The notes under the pieces are model-generated. The model had not been told where the DNA came from. It was given only the letters and a program-made list of their open reading frames with translations, and searched no databases. From an uncultured Roseburia sp. (GTDB lineage Bacteria > Bacillota > Clostridia > Lachnospirales > Lachnospiraceae), in assembly GCA_934317215.1 (NCBI GenBank), contig CAKREH010000019.1, positions 363-64,362 of the forward strand: 64,000 nt of DNA. The letters run 5' to 3'. Positions 39,524 to 48,317 of the stretch are shown piece after piece; positions within the stretch are counted from its first letter, which is position 1, and the number at the start of each line of letters is the position of its first letter. A program made the translations under genes and the position numbers.

Positions 39524-39606
39524 TCCTCCCTTGTTTTGCGGAGCAAAATGCGACTGCCACTGCAGGAGCAGAGGATTTTCCTCCCTTGTTTTGCGGAGCA
39601 AAATGC
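39524..39606 (-). repeat. 28-nt perfect direct repeat (39524-39551 and 39579-39606) carrying the SD of the lactonase gene; a third partial copy lies at 39668-39682
   Basis: Plus strand tcctcccttgttttgcggagcaaaatgc occurs twice, 55 nt apart. aggattttcctccct also occurs at 39572-39586 and 39668-39682. Confidence 0.95.
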
Positions 39607-39680
39607 CTGCTATGCTGCTTTTGCATAGCATGCGCCTCTTGCAGGAGCAATGCCCGGCAAGCTGTGCAGGATTTTCCTCC

Positions 39681-40916
39681 CTACTCTTTTCTTCGTAAAA
39701 TATCATACTTCTCGAGCGGATGTCCCAGATCAATATATAAAACCTGTTTTGGATGCGGTGCTGATTCCATATCCGCTCCATCCTCATCCACAATCCGTTT
39801 CACTGTTACCGTCAGATTTTCTCCATCCGGCTTCATGATCTCAATCTCTTCACCAACCGAAAACTTATTGCGCTGTTCGATCCGGTAAAGTCCTTCTTCA
39901 TTCTGCTCTCCAACAATTCCCAAATACGTGTACTCTTTTAAATAGGTGTTATTGTCGTAAATCTGTGCTTCATCCGAAGGTTTTCCAAAGAAAAATCCGG
40001 TTGTAAACTGGCGGTAGGTGCAGTTGGATATCTGATCTAAATACCATGGCAGATTCTTTTTGTAAAGTTCCGGTGACACTTTGTAGTCGTCGATCGCTTT
40101 GCGGTAAGTTCTCGCCACAGTCGCAACATATAGTGCTGTTTTCATTCTACCCTCTATTTTAAAACTGTCAATACCCGATTCCATTAATTCCGGGATATGT
40201 TCAATCATACAGAGGTCTTTGGAGTTGAAAATATAGGTTCCGCGCTCATTTTCATAAACCGGCATATACTCGTTCGGTCTTGTCTCTTCCACGATCGAAT
40301 ATTTCCAGCGGCACGGATGTGTACATGCTCCCTGATTTGCATCGCGCCCGGTAAAATAATTAGATAACAGACATCTTCCAGAGTAGGAAATGCACATTGC
40401 ACCGTGAATAAATGTCTCGATTTCAAGATCATCCGGTATATTTGCCCGAAGTTCTTTAATTTCATTTAAAGAAAGCTCGCGCGCCGATACCACGCGCTTT
40501 GCACCGAGTCCATACCAGAAACGGTACGTTTCATAGTTGGTATTGTTCGCCTGTGTACTGACATGGCGCTCGATATCCGGGCAGACTTCCTTCGCAATCA
40601 TAAACACACCGGGATCTGCGATGATCAGTGCATCCGGTTTTTCTTCTTTTTCGAAGGAATCTAACTCTTTGAAATATTCCCTTACCCCCTCCAAATCGTC
40701 ATTATGTGCAAGGATATTTGCTGTCACATATACTTTTACTTCATGTTCATGTGCAAAACGAATTCCCTCTCGCATTTCTTCCATGGAAAAATTTTTAGCT
40801 TTTGCACGAAGTCCAAATGCCTCACCACCGATGTACACGGCATCTGCGCCATAGATCACTGCAATTTTTAATACCTCAAGACTGCTTGCAGGTATCAAAA
40901 GCTCCGGTCTTCTCAT
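39681..40916 (-). CDS. peptidase U32 family protein (YrrO/TrhP-like, tRNA U34 hydroxylation factor family)
   Basis: MRRPELLIPASSLEVLKIAVIYGADAVYIGG N-terminus, a Cys-rich centre (HGAMCISYSGRCLLSN...CTHPCRW), and position downstream of a trmR-like gene as in B. subtilis yrrM-yrrN-yrrO. Confidence 0.85.
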   Translation of the reverse strand: MRRPELLIPASSLEVLKIAVIYGADAVYIGGEAFGLRAKAKNFSMEEMREGIRFAHEHEVKVYVTANILAHNDDLEGVREYFKELDSFEKEEKPDALIIADPGVFMIAKEVCPDIERHVSTQANNTNYETYRFWYGLGAKRVVSARELSLNEIKELRANIPDDLEIETFIHGAMCISYSGRCLLSNYFTGRDANQGACTHPCRWKYSIVEETRPNEYMPVYENERGTYIFNSKDLCMIEHIPELMESGIDSFKIEGRMKTALYVATVARTYRKAIDDYKVSPELYKKNLPWYLDQISNCTYRQFTTGFFFGKPSDEAQIYDNNTYLKEYTYLGIVGEQNEEGLYRIEQRNKFSVGEEIEIMKPDGENLTVTVKRIVDEDGADMESAPHPKQVLYIDLGHPLEKYDILRRKE

Positions 40917-40958
40917 AACTTATCTGTCCTTTCGCATCTTTTCTAAGATACATCCTTT

Positions 40959-41603
40959 CTATTTCTTCCATGTGCTGACGGTCACTCCGTCACCGATCGG
41001 CAAAACCGCCGTGACAAGGTGCTCATCATGTGTCAGTTCATATAGATACTCGCGCATTCTTTTATGAATCGTACGATTTCTCCTGGTAACCGCAAAGCGA
41101 GATTCTATGATATCCCCATCCTGCAGTACATTGTCAGAAACCAGTGTTCCTTCCGGTCCGAGTAACCGCAGAATATCCGGCATAAAATGAATATACTGTC
41201 CCTTCGCGGCATCCATAAAAATAAAATCATAAGATTCCGTCAGTGTCGGAAGAATCTGCGCTGCATCTCCTTCTAACAGTGTAATCTGTTTCTCTTTTCC
41301 TGCACGGATAAAATTTTCTTTTGCGATCGGGATTCTCTTTTCATAATTCTCGATCGTTGTGATCTCACACGGCACCGGATCATATTCCGCCATCAAAATG
41401 GCAGAAAATCCGACTGCGGTCCCCACTTCAAGGATCCGCATCGGACGTTTCATTGCAAGAAGCAGCTTTAAAAACTGCTGCATCTCTTTCCTTATAATCG
41501 GCACATAACTCTCCAGTGCTTCCTGTTCAATCTGATCTAAAATACTGGTATTCCCCGTATCAAGCGAATTGATATAGGTGACCAGACGCTCATCTACTAT
41601 CAC
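40959..41603 (-). CDS. trmR: class I SAM-dependent O-methyltransferase (YrrM/TrmR-like)
   Basis: ILEVGTAVGFSAILMA SAM motif and DFIFMDAAKGQY. Synteny with mltG and U32 genes. Confidence 0.75.
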   Translation of the reverse strand: MIVDERLVTYINSLDTGNTSILDQIEQEALESYVPIIRKEMQQFLKLLLAMKRPMRILEVGTAVGFSAILMAEYDPVPCEITTIENYEKRIPIAKENFIRAGKEKQITLLEGDAAQILPTLTESYDFIFMDAAKGQYIHFMPDILRLLGPEGTLVSDNVLQDGDIIESRFAVTRRNRTIHKRMREYLYELTHDEHLVTAVLPIGDGVTVSTWKK

Positions 41604-42076
41604 TCGACTGCTCCTGCCTGTTCATTTTCATCTGTATTACTGTTTTCTGTCTCATCCGAAGATGAACTGTCAGATGCCTTTGCATCACTCTCTGTGCTTT
41701 CCGTACTCTCGGCTGAAACTGCTGCCATAACTGTCATCATATCTTTTGCCGTCATGGACGTATTAAGTGTATAGCTTCCCGGTTTTAATTTTCCATGATA
41801 TGCCGACATGCGAAGCTGTACATAAAACAGGTTAACATCGCGGATCAGCCCCTCTTTTTTTAACAGCTTACCAATCTGATACTCCGACAGATCTCCCGCT
41901 ACATCTACAGTCACATCGGTTCCCGGTTCTTCTTCCACCGGTCCTTCCGTAAAGACACGATAGCCGAAGTCATAGCAAAAACTGCCAAGTTTTATCAGAC
42001 CGATCACAACAAGCAGCATGACCAGAATAGAAAAACTGATGCTGACAAATTTTAATATCAGTTTATTCAGCTTCAT
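41600..42076 (-). CDS. MltG-like N-terminal (TM + LysM-like) domain protein lacking the YceG catalytic domain
   Basis: 158 aa. TM, then IGKLLKKEGLIRDVNLFYVQLRMSAYHGKLKPGSYTLNTSMTAKDMMTVM (MltG N-terminal domain), then an acidic Ser/Glu/Asp tail. Sits in the mltG (yrrL) position. Confidence 0.65.
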   Translation of the reverse strand: MKLNKLILKFVSISFSILVMLLVVIGLIKLGSFCYDFGYRVFTEGPVEEEPGTDVTVDVAGDLSEYQIGKLLKKEGLIRDVNLFYVQLRMSAYHGKLKPGSYTLNTSMTAKDMMTVMAAVSAESTESTESDAKASDSSSSDETENSNTDENEQAGAVE

Positions 42077-42091
42077 ACGAAATCCTCCAGA

Positions 42092-42433
42092 CTATTCCTC
42101 AAATCCAACCTCAAAATCCAGTTCTTCAATCAGCGTCCAGTTGACCTTCTGCACCACACGGCAAAAAGCATTTTCTGCTGCAAGATATTCTGCAACAAGC
42201 GGATTTTTCCGGAATTCACGGTATTCCTGTTCCATCTTATCCGTTGCGTCATAAAGTTCCACATTCCCATCACTGTTCTGCAACAGGTAATTATTGTGAC
42301 GGAATGCGTGGATCTGCTGCTCTAACTGCGGCTGATTGTGCACTCTGTTTTTGATATCCTGATATCTGATATATTCCTCGCTGAATTTGATCGCATCCAC
42401 AAGTTCCTGCATGGCTTCATCCATTCTGCTCAT
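42092..42433 (-). CDS. YlbF/YmcA family protein
   Basis: 113 aa and helical. LVDAIKFSEEYIRYQDIKNRV...QIHAFR is typical of the family. Confidence 0.75.
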   Translation of the reverse strand: MSRMDEAMQELVDAIKFSEEYIRYQDIKNRVHNQPQLEQQIHAFRHNNYLLQNSDGNVELYDATDKMEQEYREFRKNPLVAEYLAAENAFCRVVQKVNWTLIEELDFEVGFEE

Positions 42434-42449
42434 GATACATCTGTCCTTC

Positions 42450-44231
42450 CTACACTTCCATAATGATCGGCATGATCATCGGTCTGCGCTTTGTCTCTTT
42501 CCACACGAAATCACCTAAGGAATCCTTGATCTCATTTTTGATCTTGCCCCAGTCGGTAATTCCTTTATCCATACAATACTGCATCTTATCTTCAAGCAGA
42601 TGTTTTGCATCCTCCATCAGACTCTCTGCACCCCGGACATAGACAAAACCACGGGATACGATATCCGGTCCCGCAAGCACCTGTCCGGAACCACTCTCTA
42701 ATGTCAGCACAACGATAATGATTCCATCCTCCGCAAGATGCTGTCTGTCACGAAGTACGATATTGCCGACATCACCGACACCAAGTCCGTCGACCATGAT
42801 ATCACCTACATGGACTCTTCCGGTAACCTCTGCCTTTTCATCATCCATCTCAAGCACATCACCGGACATCAGGATAAAGATGTTGTCTTTGTTGATGCCA
42901 AGTTCTTCTGCCACCCTTGCCTGTGCTAACAGATGGCGGTACTCTCCATGAACCGGAACTGCATACTTCGGTTTTACCAGGGAATAGATCAGTTTGATCT
43001 CCTCCTGGCAGGCATGACCGGATACATGTACGTCCTGGAAAATAACGTTTGCCCCTTTCATGGAAAGCTCATTGATAATACCGGAAACTGCTTTTTCATT
43101 TCCCGGGATCGGGTTAGAGCTGAGCACAATCGTATCATTTGGTTTGATCGTAACTTTTTTGTGCATGCCACATGCCATGCGGGATAATGCCGCCATGGAC
43201 TCTCCCTGGCTTCCGGTTGTGATCAGTACAGTCTTCTCATCCGGATAATTTTTCAGTTCTTCGATATCGATCAGTGTATTGTCCGGAATATTGATGTAGC
43301 CAAGCTCAGACGCAATGCCGATGATATTTACCATACTGCGTCCTTCCACAACTACTTTTCTGCCGTATTTATAGGCTGTATTAATGATCTGCTGCACTCG
43401 GTCAACATTAGACGCAAATGTTGCAATGATGATCCTTGTATTCTTGTGGTCTGCAAAAATCTCATCAAAGGTCTTGCCAACTGTCTTTTCAGACATGGTA
43501 AATCCCTTGCGCTCTGCATTAGTACTATCACAAAGCAGTGCGAGTACACCTTTTTTACCGATCTCACCAAAACGCTGTAAGTCGATGGCATCTCCAAATA
43601 CCGGTGTATAATCTACTTTAAAGTCACCGGTGTGTACAACGATGCCTGCCGGTGAATAAATAGCAAGTGCTGCCGCATCCTGAATACTGTGGTTCGTGCG
43701 GATAAATTCCACACGGAAACAGCCTAAATTGATATGCTGTCCGTATTTTACAACCTTACGCTTCACTTTTGTCAGCATGTTGTGCTCTTTTAACTTGTGC
43801 TCAATGATACCGATGGTAAGCTTTGTCGCGTAGATCGGCACATTGATGTCTTTTAAGACATACGGGATTGCACCGATATGATCCTCATGTCCATGCGTAA
43901 TAAAAAATCCCCTGACTTTGTCAATGTTATCTTTCAGATAAGTCACATCCGGGATTACAAGGTCGATTCCGTACATGTCATCTTCCGGGAAAGACAGACC
44001 ACAGTCCACTACAATGATGCTGTCCTCATACTCAAAAGCGGTAATGTTCATTCCGATCTGTTCTAAACCGCCAAGCGGAATAATCTTAAGCTTTGATGTT
44101 TTTTCCTTTTTGGTTTCTTTTTTTGTTTCTTTTACGCTGGTTCTCTTTTTTCGTTCCGGTCTCTCTGCTTTTTTTGAATCATTCTGGCTGATTCCTGCCT
44201 CCTTATTCTCTTTCATATTCAATGTCCGCAT
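42450..44231 (-). CDS. rnj: ribonuclease J
   Basis: Metallo-beta-lactamase HGHEDHIG, a beta-CASP domain and a C-terminal domain. Lys-rich ~45-aa N-terminal extension. Confidence 0.95.
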   Translation of the reverse strand: MRTLNMKENKEAGISQNDSKKAERPERKKRTSVKETKKETKKEKTSKLKIIPLGGLEQIGMNITAFEYEDSIIVVDCGLSFPEDDMYGIDLVIPDVTYLKDNIDKVRGFFITHGHEDHIGAIPYVLKDINVPIYATKLTIGIIEHKLKEHNMLTKVKRKVVKYGQHINLGCFRVEFIRTNHSIQDAAALAIYSPAGIVVHTGDFKVDYTPVFGDAIDLQRFGEIGKKGVLALLCDSTNAERKGFTMSEKTVGKTFDEIFADHKNTRIIIATFASNVDRVQQIINTAYKYGRKVVVEGRSMVNIIGIASELGYINIPDNTLIDIEELKNYPDEKTVLITTGSQGESMAALSRMACGMHKKVTIKPNDTIVLSSNPIPGNEKAVSGIINELSMKGANVIFQDVHVSGHACQEEIKLIYSLVKPKYAVPVHGEYRHLLAQARVAEELGINKDNIFILMSGDVLEMDDEKAEVTGRVHVGDIMVDGLGVGDVGNIVLRDRQHLAEDGIIIVVLTLESGSGQVLAGPDIVSRGFVYVRGAESLMEDAKHLLEDKMQYCMDKGITDWGKIKNEIKDSLGDFVWKETKRRPMIMPIIMEV

Positions 44232-44469
44232 CCTCTATCAATTCTGAAAATATTTTACCTACTGCCGCAAGTTCCGTGTCGTCGTCTACCATCTCGCACA
44301 CAACGTCATCGTCCTCTGTGGCTACTTCTTTTAAAATGTACGCATCACAGTCGCCATCTTCCTCTTCCGTGACAAAAAAATAACGCGTACCGTTTACCTG
44401 TGTCTCCTCCACAACAAAAAAATCAATACTCTCTTTTGTCTGTGGATCCACAAATGTTACTTTTTCCAT
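44203..44469 (-). CDS. DUF1292 domain protein (YrzB-like)
   Basis: MEKVTFVDPQTKESIDFFVVEETQVNGTRYFFVTEE...D-rich tail. ATG 44469 follows GGAGGA. Confidence 0.8.
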   Translation of the reverse strand: MEKVTFVDPQTKESIDFFVVEETQVNGTRYFFVTEEEDGDCDAYILKEVATEDDDVVCEMVDDDTELAAVGKIFSELIEDADIEYERE

Positions 44470-44533
44470 GTGCATCCTCCATGCATAACACAAAAACCGC
44501 ATTCGAAAACCTGCGGTTTTTGTCAGAACCTGT

Positions 44534-44968
44534 TTACTTTTCTACGTGCATACTCCGATAATCCAGATATCCCTGCAAAATAAAAATTGCCGCGATCTCA
44601 TCGACATATTTTTTGCGGTCTTCCCTGCGGATACCGGACTCCATCATGTGTTTATCTGCGGAAACAGTCGTCAGTCTCTCATCCCACAATATGACCTCTA
44701 AACCTGTCCGTCTCTCTAACATCTCTTTAAACTCTTTTGTCTTCTCGCAACGCTCTCCCTCTGTGTTATTCATATTTTTCGGATAACCCAGAACAATACA
44801 CTCCACCTGATATTCCGCGATAATCGCTTCGATCCTCGCCAAAGTCTGGCGCAGTTTATTAGGGGACTGGCGTCTTATGATCTCCAGTCCCTGCGCAGTT
44901 AATAAAAGCTCATCGCTGACTGCCACACCGACAGTCCTAGAGCCAAAATCCAAACCTAAAATCCGCAT
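44534..44968 (-). CDS. ruvX: Holliday junction resolvase-like RuvX (YqgF/YrrK)
   Basis: [20 protein letters not shown]-terminus and DERLTT motif. Confidence 0.95.
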   Translation of the reverse strand: MRILGLDFGSRTVGVAVSDELLLTAQGLEIIRRQSPNKLRQTLARIEAIIAEYQVECIVLGYPKNMNNTEGERCEKTKEFKEMLERRTGLEVILWDERLTTVSADKHMMESGIRREDRKKYVDEIAAIFILQGYLDYRSMHVEK

Positions 44969-44975
44969 AAACTTC

Positions 44976-45239
44976 CTATTCCCAATGATTATTTTTGATA
45001 TAAGCCTTTAAAACTTCTTCGACCAGTTCGTCACGTTCCACTTTCATGATCAGGCTTCTTGCATTATTATGACTGGTAATATATGTGGGATCTCCAGACA
45101 TAATATATCCAACAATCTGATTCACAGGATTATAGCCTTTCTCGCTCAGTGCACGATATACGATCGTAAGCACGTCACCAACCTTAAGCTCCGGCTCTTT
45201 CTCCACTCTGAAATATTGTGTATTATTGATATTCTGCAT
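44976..45239 (-). CDS. ireB: IreB family regulatory phosphoprotein (UPF0297, YrzL)
   Basis: [38 protein letters not shown] signature. Start moved to ATG 45239. Confidence 0.9.
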   Translation of the reverse strand: MQNINNTQYFRVEKEPELKVGDVLTIVYRALSEKGYNPVNQIVGYIMSGDPTYITSHNNARSLIMKVERDELVEEVLKAYIKNNHWE

Positions 45240-45303
45240 ATTTTTCACGCCCTTATACCTGCTATAAAAAGCATTGCTAATTTTTATTTTAATATAGTTT
45301 GTC

Positions 45304-46611
45304 CTAAAATTCAACCAAAAGATAAATATCGTCTTTTAATTTTCCTTTTATCTTTCCTGTCACAAACTGATTTGCCATGTTTTCTTCTGTCTCAAATGCC
45401 ACTTTGACATACTCTTTTGTGTATCCGGTAAAATATGTTTTTCCGTCCACCACAAGTTCTTCCTCTAACAGTGCTGTCTTTTCTTTCCCGGCATAATATT
45501 CCCGGAATTCTTCCGACATTTTCTTTTCCAGTGCCAGAAGAATATTGCTCCTCTCTGTCTTTTTCTGCTCCGGCACCTGATCCGGCATCACCGCCGCCTT
45601 CGTACCTTCACGCACCGAATATTTAAAAATGTGCATCTCATAAAAATGTATTTTTTTCAGATATTCTTCTGTAATTTTAAACTCTTCTTCCGTCTCTCCT
45701 GGAAAACCAACGATCACATCGGTCGTGATCGCAGGATGCGTAAAATATTTGCGCAGCAGATCACAGCCCGCCTCATATTCTGCCGTGTCATACCGACGGT
45801 TCATCCGCTTTAAGACACTGTCACAGCCGCTCTGTAAGGACAGATGGAAATGTGGGCAGATCTTTGTAAGTTCGGATAAACGTTTTACAAAATCTTCCGT
45901 CACAATACGCGGTTCTAAACTTCCAAGACGGATACGCTCGATCCCTGCGATTTCATGTACATGTTCGATCAGGGAAAGTAAAGTTTCTCCGGTATCAACT
46001 CCATAAGAACTTAAATGGATTCCGGTTAACACCACTTCTTTATATCCGCTTTTCGCAAGCCCCTTTATCTCGTTTAATACATCTTCCATTTTACGGCTTC
46101 TGACACGTCCTCTTGCAAACGGAATGATACAATAGCTGCAGAACTGGTTGCAGCCATCCTGTACCTTAATAAATGCACGCGTATGCTCTGCTGTTTTCTT
46201 TAAATGTAATTCCTCATATTCCTGTTTTTCGTGATTGATATCAACAATCTGTGCCTGTTTTGTGTGTTCTTTTTCGTACTCATTCAAAAGCGTTACAAGT
46301 TCATGTTTCTGGTTATTTCCGATCACAATATCAATGCTTTCATCCACTAATGCCTGTGCCTCTTTTGTCTGCACATAACAGCCTGCTCCCACCACAATGG
46401 CATCCGGATTCATCTTTTTTGCACGGTGGAACATCTGCCTTGATTTGCGGTCTGCCATATTGGTTACGGAACAGGTGTTGATGACATATACATCTGCAAT
46501 TTCTGTAAAAGGAACGATTTCATATCCTGCATTTTCAAGGATCTGCTGCATAGCTTCCGTCTCATATACATTTACTTTGCACCCCAGATTGTGCAGTGCT
46601 GCTTTTTTCAT
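45304..46611 (-). CDS. mtaB: tRNA (N6-threonylcarbamoyladenosine(37)-C2)-methylthiotransferase MtaB
   Basis: N-terminal [11 protein letters not shown]...INTCSVT (UPF0004), radical [11 protein letters not shown], and a TRAM C-terminus. Confidence 0.9.
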   Translation of the reverse strand: MKKAALHNLGCKVNVYETEAMQQILENAGYEIVPFTEIADVYVINTCSVTNMADRKSRQMFHRAKKMNPDAIVVGAGCYVQTKEAQALVDESIDIVIGNNQKHELVTLLNEYEKEHTKQAQIVDINHEKQEYEELHLKKTAEHTRAFIKVQDGCNQFCSYCIIPFARGRVRSRKMEDVLNEIKGLAKSGYKEVVLTGIHLSSYGVDTGETLLSLIEHVHEIAGIERIRLGSLEPRIVTEDFVKRLSELTKICPHFHLSLQSGCDSVLKRMNRRYDTAEYEAGCDLLRKYFTHPAITTDVIVGFPGETEEEFKITEEYLKKIHFYEMHIFKYSVREGTKAAVMPDQVPEQKKTERSNILLALEKKMSEEFREYYAGKEKTALLEEELVVDGKTYFTGYTKEYVKVAFETEENMANQFVTGKIKGKLKDDIYLLVEF

Positions 46612-46640
46612 TTTTTACCTCCATAATATCTATTTACTTG

Positions 46641-46669
46641 TTGACTTTTCCACGAAAAACCATTACTAT
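46641..46669 (+). promoter_or_regulatory. sigma-A-type promoter of the HPr-like gene
   Basis: TTGACT-17 nt-TACTAT, about 40 nt upstream of the AAGGAGG SD. Confidence 0.55.
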
Positions 46670-46710
46670 AAAGATAACTTTAACAGCTAATTTTAAGGAG
46701 GTTTTTCATC

Positions 46711-46941
46711 ATGAAAACAGTACAGATTTCTTTAAATTCTATCGACAAAGTGAAATCATTTGTCAATGCGATCACACAGTATGAGTATGATTTCGATTTA
46801 ATCTCCGGTAGATACGTTATCGACGCAAAATCCATCATGGGTATCTTCAGCTTAGACTTATCCAAACCGATCGATTTAGCAATCCATGCTGAAGCTAATG
46901 TTGATGAGATTATGGAAACATTAAAACCATACTTAATCTAA
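46711..46941 (+). CDS. HPr family protein lacking the His15 phospho-site (Crh-like logic)
   Basis: 76 aa. The KSIMG(I/V)(F/M)SL box around the regulatory Ser is conserved. The position aligning with the GIHARPA His is NSIDKVK (no His). Confidence 0.75.
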   Translation: MKTVQISLNSIDKVKSFVNAITQYEYDFDLISGRYVIDAKSIMGIFSLDLSKPIDLAIHAEANVDEIMETLKPYLI

Positions 46942-46990
46942 TCACAGATCAGATGTCATACCGTTTGCGGTGTCACATAGATGGAACATA

Positions 46991-47019
46991 AACCACAGGT
47001 TATATGCCTGTGGTTTTTT
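46991..47019 (+). terminator. rho-independent terminator after the HPr-like gene
   Basis: aaccacagg-ttatatg-cctgtggtt followed by tttttg. Confidence 0.8.
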
Positions 47020-47111
47020 GCTGTCCTTTTATTGTGGTGTCCCGGTCAAAAGATGTATCAAAAATAAACTGCCTGCATTTCTGACACATCTTTCACCCTA
47101 AAATCCATTTT

Positions 47112-48293
47112 CTACGCTTCGATATGGATCACTTCGACCGTATCGATCGCTTTCTGCATCAATTCATCAATCTTCTCAGAAAGTTTCTTCTCATCATTGT
47201 GAATCACATTCAGGCTCGGTTTTGTGACCGGATGCTTTGCAACGAAAATGGTACAGCAGTCTTCAAACGGAAGGATCGATGTCTCATAAGCATCGATCTT
47301 CTCAGAGATCTCAACAATCTCCTGCTTGTCAAAACCAATTAACGGACGGTATACCGGCATCGTGCAGACCTCATTTGTCGCTGCAAGCGACTGCATGGTC
47401 TGGCTTGCCACCTGACCGATACTCTCTCCCGTGATCAGTCCCAAGCATTTATTTTCTTTTGCAAAATGCTCTGCTAACTTCATCATATAGCGGCGCATGA
47501 TGATCGTCAATTCCTCATGCGGACACTGCTCGTAAATATAGAGCTGAATATCCGTAAAGTTGACAACATGCAAGTTGATCGGTCCGGAATATTTTGCAAC
47601 GATTTTTGCAAGATCCACGACTTTCTGTTTTGCACGCTCTGAGGTGTAAGGCGGTGCATGGAAATAAGTTGCATCGATCGTAACACCACGTTTTGCAATC
47701 ATATAACCTGCAACCGGACTGTCGATTCCGCCGGAAAGCAATAACATTGCCTTTCCGTTTGTGCCGACCGGCATACCGCCCGGTCCCGGAATAATCGTTG
47801 AATATACATTGATCTGATTGCGGATCTCCACGTTGATCACAACTTCCGGTTTGTGCACATCCACGCGTGTCTCAGGGAATGCATTTAAAATGCGCTCTCC
47901 AAGCTGTGCATTGATCTCCATGGACTCAAGCGGATAATTTTTGCGCGCTCTTCTCGCATTTACCTTGAAGGTGAAATGTTTGTCCGGATATGCTTCATCA
48001 ATATGGTGGATCACTTCTTCTGCTAATTTGTCAAATCCCTCGTCCTCTAAAATGACGACCGGGCAGATTCCGACGATACCAAACACACATTTTAATGCCT
48101 CCACTGCCTCATCGTAATCATATTCGCCATCCATTTCAATATAGATTCTTCCCTGCTCCTTGCGGATACGGAAAGTTCCGTCTACTTTCTTTAACGCATG
48201 ATTCATCTGGCTGACTAATGCATCCTCAAACAGATAACGGTTTTTTCCCTTGATTGCAATTTCTGCATATTTTATCAAAAATGCTTTGTACAT
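47112..48293 (-). CDS. thiI: tRNA 4-thiouridine(8) synthase ThiI
   Basis: N-terminal ferredoxin-like and THUMP domains, and the PP-loop LLLSGGIDSPVAG. No rhodanese domain, as in Bacillus-type ThiI. Confidence 0.95.
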   Translation of the reverse strand: MYKAFLIKYAEIAIKGKNRYLFEDALVSQMNHALKKVDGTFRIRKEQGRIYIEMDGEYDYDEAVEALKCVFGIVGICPVVILEDEGFDKLAEEVIHHIDEAYPDKHFTFKVNARRARKNYPLESMEINAQLGERILNAFPETRVDVHKPEVVINVEIRNQINVYSTIIPGPGGMPVGTNGKAMLLLSGGIDSPVAGYMIAKRGVTIDATYFHAPPYTSERAKQKVVDLAKIVAKYSGPINLHVVNFTDIQLYIYEQCPHEELTIIMRRYMMKLAEHFAKENKCLGLITGESIGQVASQTMQSLAATNEVCTMPVYRPLIGFDKQEIVEISEKIDAYETSILPFEDCCTIFVAKHPVTKPSLNVIHNDEKKLSEKIDELMQKAIDTVEVIHIEA

Positions 48294-48317
48294 ATTTTTT
48301 CCTTTCTATCTTTACGA

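Noticed and set aside
39519-39650. 44-codon N-terminal extension of the lactonase ORF (ORF track start 39650)
   Set aside because: It translates the duplicated intergenic repeat (FAPQNKGG... appears twice). The family-typical N-terminus MKQEKYVAYVGTYT begins at ATG 39518, directly behind a GGGAGGA SD.
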